A stretch of 64,000 nt of DNA from positions 636,044 through 700,043 of the forward strand of contig NMRA01000002.1 of the NCBI GenBank assembly GCA_002633005.1, read 5' to 3'. Below the pieces are notes generated by a model, which made no database searches, was not told the origin of the DNA, and worked only from the letters and a program-made list of their open reading frames with translations. This document shows, one piece after another, positions 63,775-64,000 of the stretch. Position numbers and translations under genes: made by a program. The stretch is from Phoronis australis (taxonomy: Eukaryota; Animalia; Phoronida). Position 1 is the stretch's first letter. Each line of letters opens with the position of its first letter.

Positions 63775-64000
63775 GTAAGGATTGACGTACATGGCATTAG
63801 AGTTACTTTTAAGTAGCAGGTGGTTGCCCTCAGAATCATTACTTTAAAAAGTAATTATTCTGAAGCTAATCACCCATTTATTGTGCTATCTCAGACACAT
63901 CAACGACGATACAGTTTAGAAACAGCATTTATGGAAATGAGTCGACGAGTTTAAGGTCTTCAAGATTTACATATTTAATGTCTTTAACGAGATATTGTTA

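Overview
AT-rich, gene-poor eukaryotic DNA, most likely from an invertebrate animal. There are no operons, rRNA genes, CRISPR arrays or long ORFs, and nearly all ORFs in the track are chance frames. The only host gene I can support is on the + strand. It has a 196-nt internal exon (41564-41759) encoding a single-pass membrane N-terminus that resembles synaptotagmin-15. A phase-compatible start exon lies about 30 kb upstream (10946-10952), and a possible alternative transmembrane-less start exon lies at 63737-63774. The rest is mostly intron or intergenic DNA full of non-autonomous transposon relics. By their TIRs and TSDs these are hAT5-like (5-bp TSD), ISL2EU-like and Kolobok-like THAP relics, AcademH-like, Harbinger, IS3EU-like, a 20-bp P-like palindrome, a decayed Gypsy LTR element and a Penelope GIY-YIG fragment. 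The three most interesting signals are: (1) a three-copy ~250-bp non-coding repeat carrying a minimal type I hammerhead ribozyme; (2) a 1-kb MITE carrying a tRNA-like Pol III module that diverges much faster than the rest of the element; (3) a four-element nested transposon complex at 15.8-18.1 kb. All family assignments come from reading by eye and recalled family signatures, with no database searches.
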